DNA of 64,000 bases. It comes from Azolla caroliniana. Taxonomy: Eukaryota; Plantae; Polypodiophyta. The translations under genes and the position numbers were made by a program. Positions 61,914-64,000 of this stretch are shown piece by piece. The notes beneath the pieces were generated by a model that worked only from the letters and a program-made list of their open reading frames with translations, was not told the DNA's origin and did not search any database. Every line of letters begins with the position of its first letter. Positions within the stretch are counted from its first letter, which is position 1. The stretch lies in the NCBI GenBank assembly GCA_043228905.1, contig JBHGNT010000009.1, positions 930,001 to 994,000 on the forward strand. Reading direction: 5' to 3'.

Positions 61914-64000
61914 AGAAAGGAGGAGGAACAGAGATAAACAGACAGGCGAAGGGAATGAATGATATATCATATGATGATGAATCGATGATTTCGCCCACAA
62001 GGAAAAGGAAAAGGAGGAGGAGGAAGAAAGTGAAGTAAGTTTGCAAGAGGAGATTAGGTATGGGTCTGTGTCCTTGTCCGATGCCAACGCTAGTGATCTG
62101 TGTCTGTCTGAGCCTGTATCCAATGCGCCATGCCGATGCTAGTGCAAATTTGCGAGAGGAGTTTGGGCCAATGTCGGTATCCGATGCCGACGCTAGTGCT
62201 CTCTGCCTGGCCGATGCCGATGCTAGGGCTAGCGCTCAATGTCCGAGCCTGTTGTCCGATCTTGAGGCCATTGCTCAGTGTCTGAGTCTGTGTATTTGAT
62301 GTTGATGCCAATGCCAATGCTCGATGTTTGAGTCGGTGTGTTCGATGCAATGCCAGTGCTCGGTGTTTGAGTTTGCATTTGACGTCGAGGCCAATGCTCG
62401 ATGTATGAGTCTATGTATGTGTCCAACATCGATACTAGTGCTCATTCAGTACTATGCTTGAATCTTGACAACCCCCCCCCCCCCTTCATCCCATATCTCC
62501 CCCACCACACATCGCAATGAAGGTGTTTGTTTCCCACTATTTGCATTGCTAGCATTGTAACGTTGTATCAGTCTCTGAAATTTGTGAAGGGCTTCTTATA
62601 TCAAGCTCGGTGTCATGGAATCCATTGCTAGAGTCTTCAACCCCGTGACCTCATGTGCAAAGCACAAGCATTTTACCCACTACGCATTTAGTGAATTGTG
62701 GATGTGAATTTTCTAACAATTTAATCCCGTAAATAAGCGATGTATTTATATGAGGTGATAAAATTGTTCATTGTGCGTTAGCATCTAATTTTTCTTATTA
62801 TCTGGTTTTGCTAATCCATTGGTTTGTGGGTTTGGTGTTGACTCTTGATGGGATTGTTTTGTAGTGGTTTAATTTGAATGAATTCATCACTTGCAATGTG
62901 GGTTTAAATCTTATTTGAGGAATCATTTGTGAATAATTTGTCCTTCATCGTCCATCTAGCATTATTAATTACTTCGAGAGTTCATTGGTTTGGGAGTATG
63001 GTGCATGAGAGATCATGGGATCCATGGTGGAGCAATTAGCTGATAGGCTTTTCACAAATCCAATGAATGTTTCTATCTACATTAAAGTATTCATTTATAA
63101 ACCCTAGCTTATCACAACCAAAACATGGCATATAGACATCAATAAAGCTACAAAGGATAATTGAAATGAAGAGGGGTAAATATTAGAGTTTGCGCTCAAA
63201 TGATATGATATAGAAGAGGAGACTCTTCTAAAATGTTTATGGGTCTAATAGGCAATGTCCATAGCCTCTCGGGACAATAATGCATCATCTCTTTCTCTTT
63301 CTTGTGTTTTTTTCTTGCATATAAGTAATTATGTCAATAAATAGATAGATAGACATATAGATAGATGGGTGGGTGGATGGGTGGATAAACATGTAGATAG
63401 ATAGAACAACATAAAAATGTAAATAACCTTATTGTCCTTAGTATCCTTACTATACTAACAAGGATCTTATGGCAAAGTAAACCTTGTAAAGAGATGCAAG
63501 AACATCTCAAAAAGGTAATGTACATACAATCAACATATTTAACACTAGTTAGGATCTTCTTGAGAGTAAAATAATGTAAGGACCTTGGTTCAAGGTGAAT
63601 GAGCACTTAACCAAGATTGAGCATCACTTTGCATTGAAAGATGAGAATGTGGATATCCTAAGGTGTGATGTAAGTGAGATTAACTACGTATGCGTGATAA
63701 AATTGAGGTTCAATGTATTTAATATTGGTAATGACACAACCAAATAGTTGTTAAGTACCCACCATACATTTGACTTGCCATGCATTTATGATGATGTTGA
63801 CATTAACATTTATATCAAATAGATAAATCTAGATGGCAAATAACTTGTGGCTACTATTGTGTGAAAGGCTTGAAGGCCAAAAGAACGCAAAAGCCTATTA
63901 AAAGGTCATTCTTGGTGCTCCTTTAACCTTAATCTTCATATTCTCACCTGAGCTACACGGTCGACCTTCTTAACCAATTCATGCAAGCACTGTGCAATTT

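Noticed and set aside
62850-64000. Possible retroelement coding remnants
   Set aside because: Too degenerate to assign from sequence alone.

Overview
AT-rich eukaryotic genomic DNA from a land plant; intron structure and TE families suggest a seed-free plant such as a fern or lycophyte (inference only). Four host genes are supported: a MAKR/BKI1-like ORF (-, 2.7-3.8 kb), a ~36-kb, ~47-exon VPS13 gene of the plant VPS13X type (+, 14955-51110), a single-exon DPH4/DNAJC24 (+, 53754-54305) and a three-exon ORM/ORMDL sphingolipid regulator (-, 57392-61707). The rest is transposon-rich: L1-type LINE fragments with poly(A) and TSDs, a young 4.8-kb Ty3/gypsy element, two solo LTRs, a copia remnant, and about a dozen RTEX-like LINE fragments inside introns. 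Most interesting: (1) the gypsy element has identical LTRs, a 4-bp TSD, a PBS closer to animal tRNA-Ala, a -1 frameshift cassette and asymmetric LTR ends. (2) The intronic RTEX-like LINEs carry a canonical C-terminal PCNA-binding (PIP) box and a covarying 3' stem-loop, form head-to-tail chains, and one (CTTT)n tail now lies in the polypyrimidine-tract position of a VPS13 exon. All coordinates were read by eye and no database searches were run.
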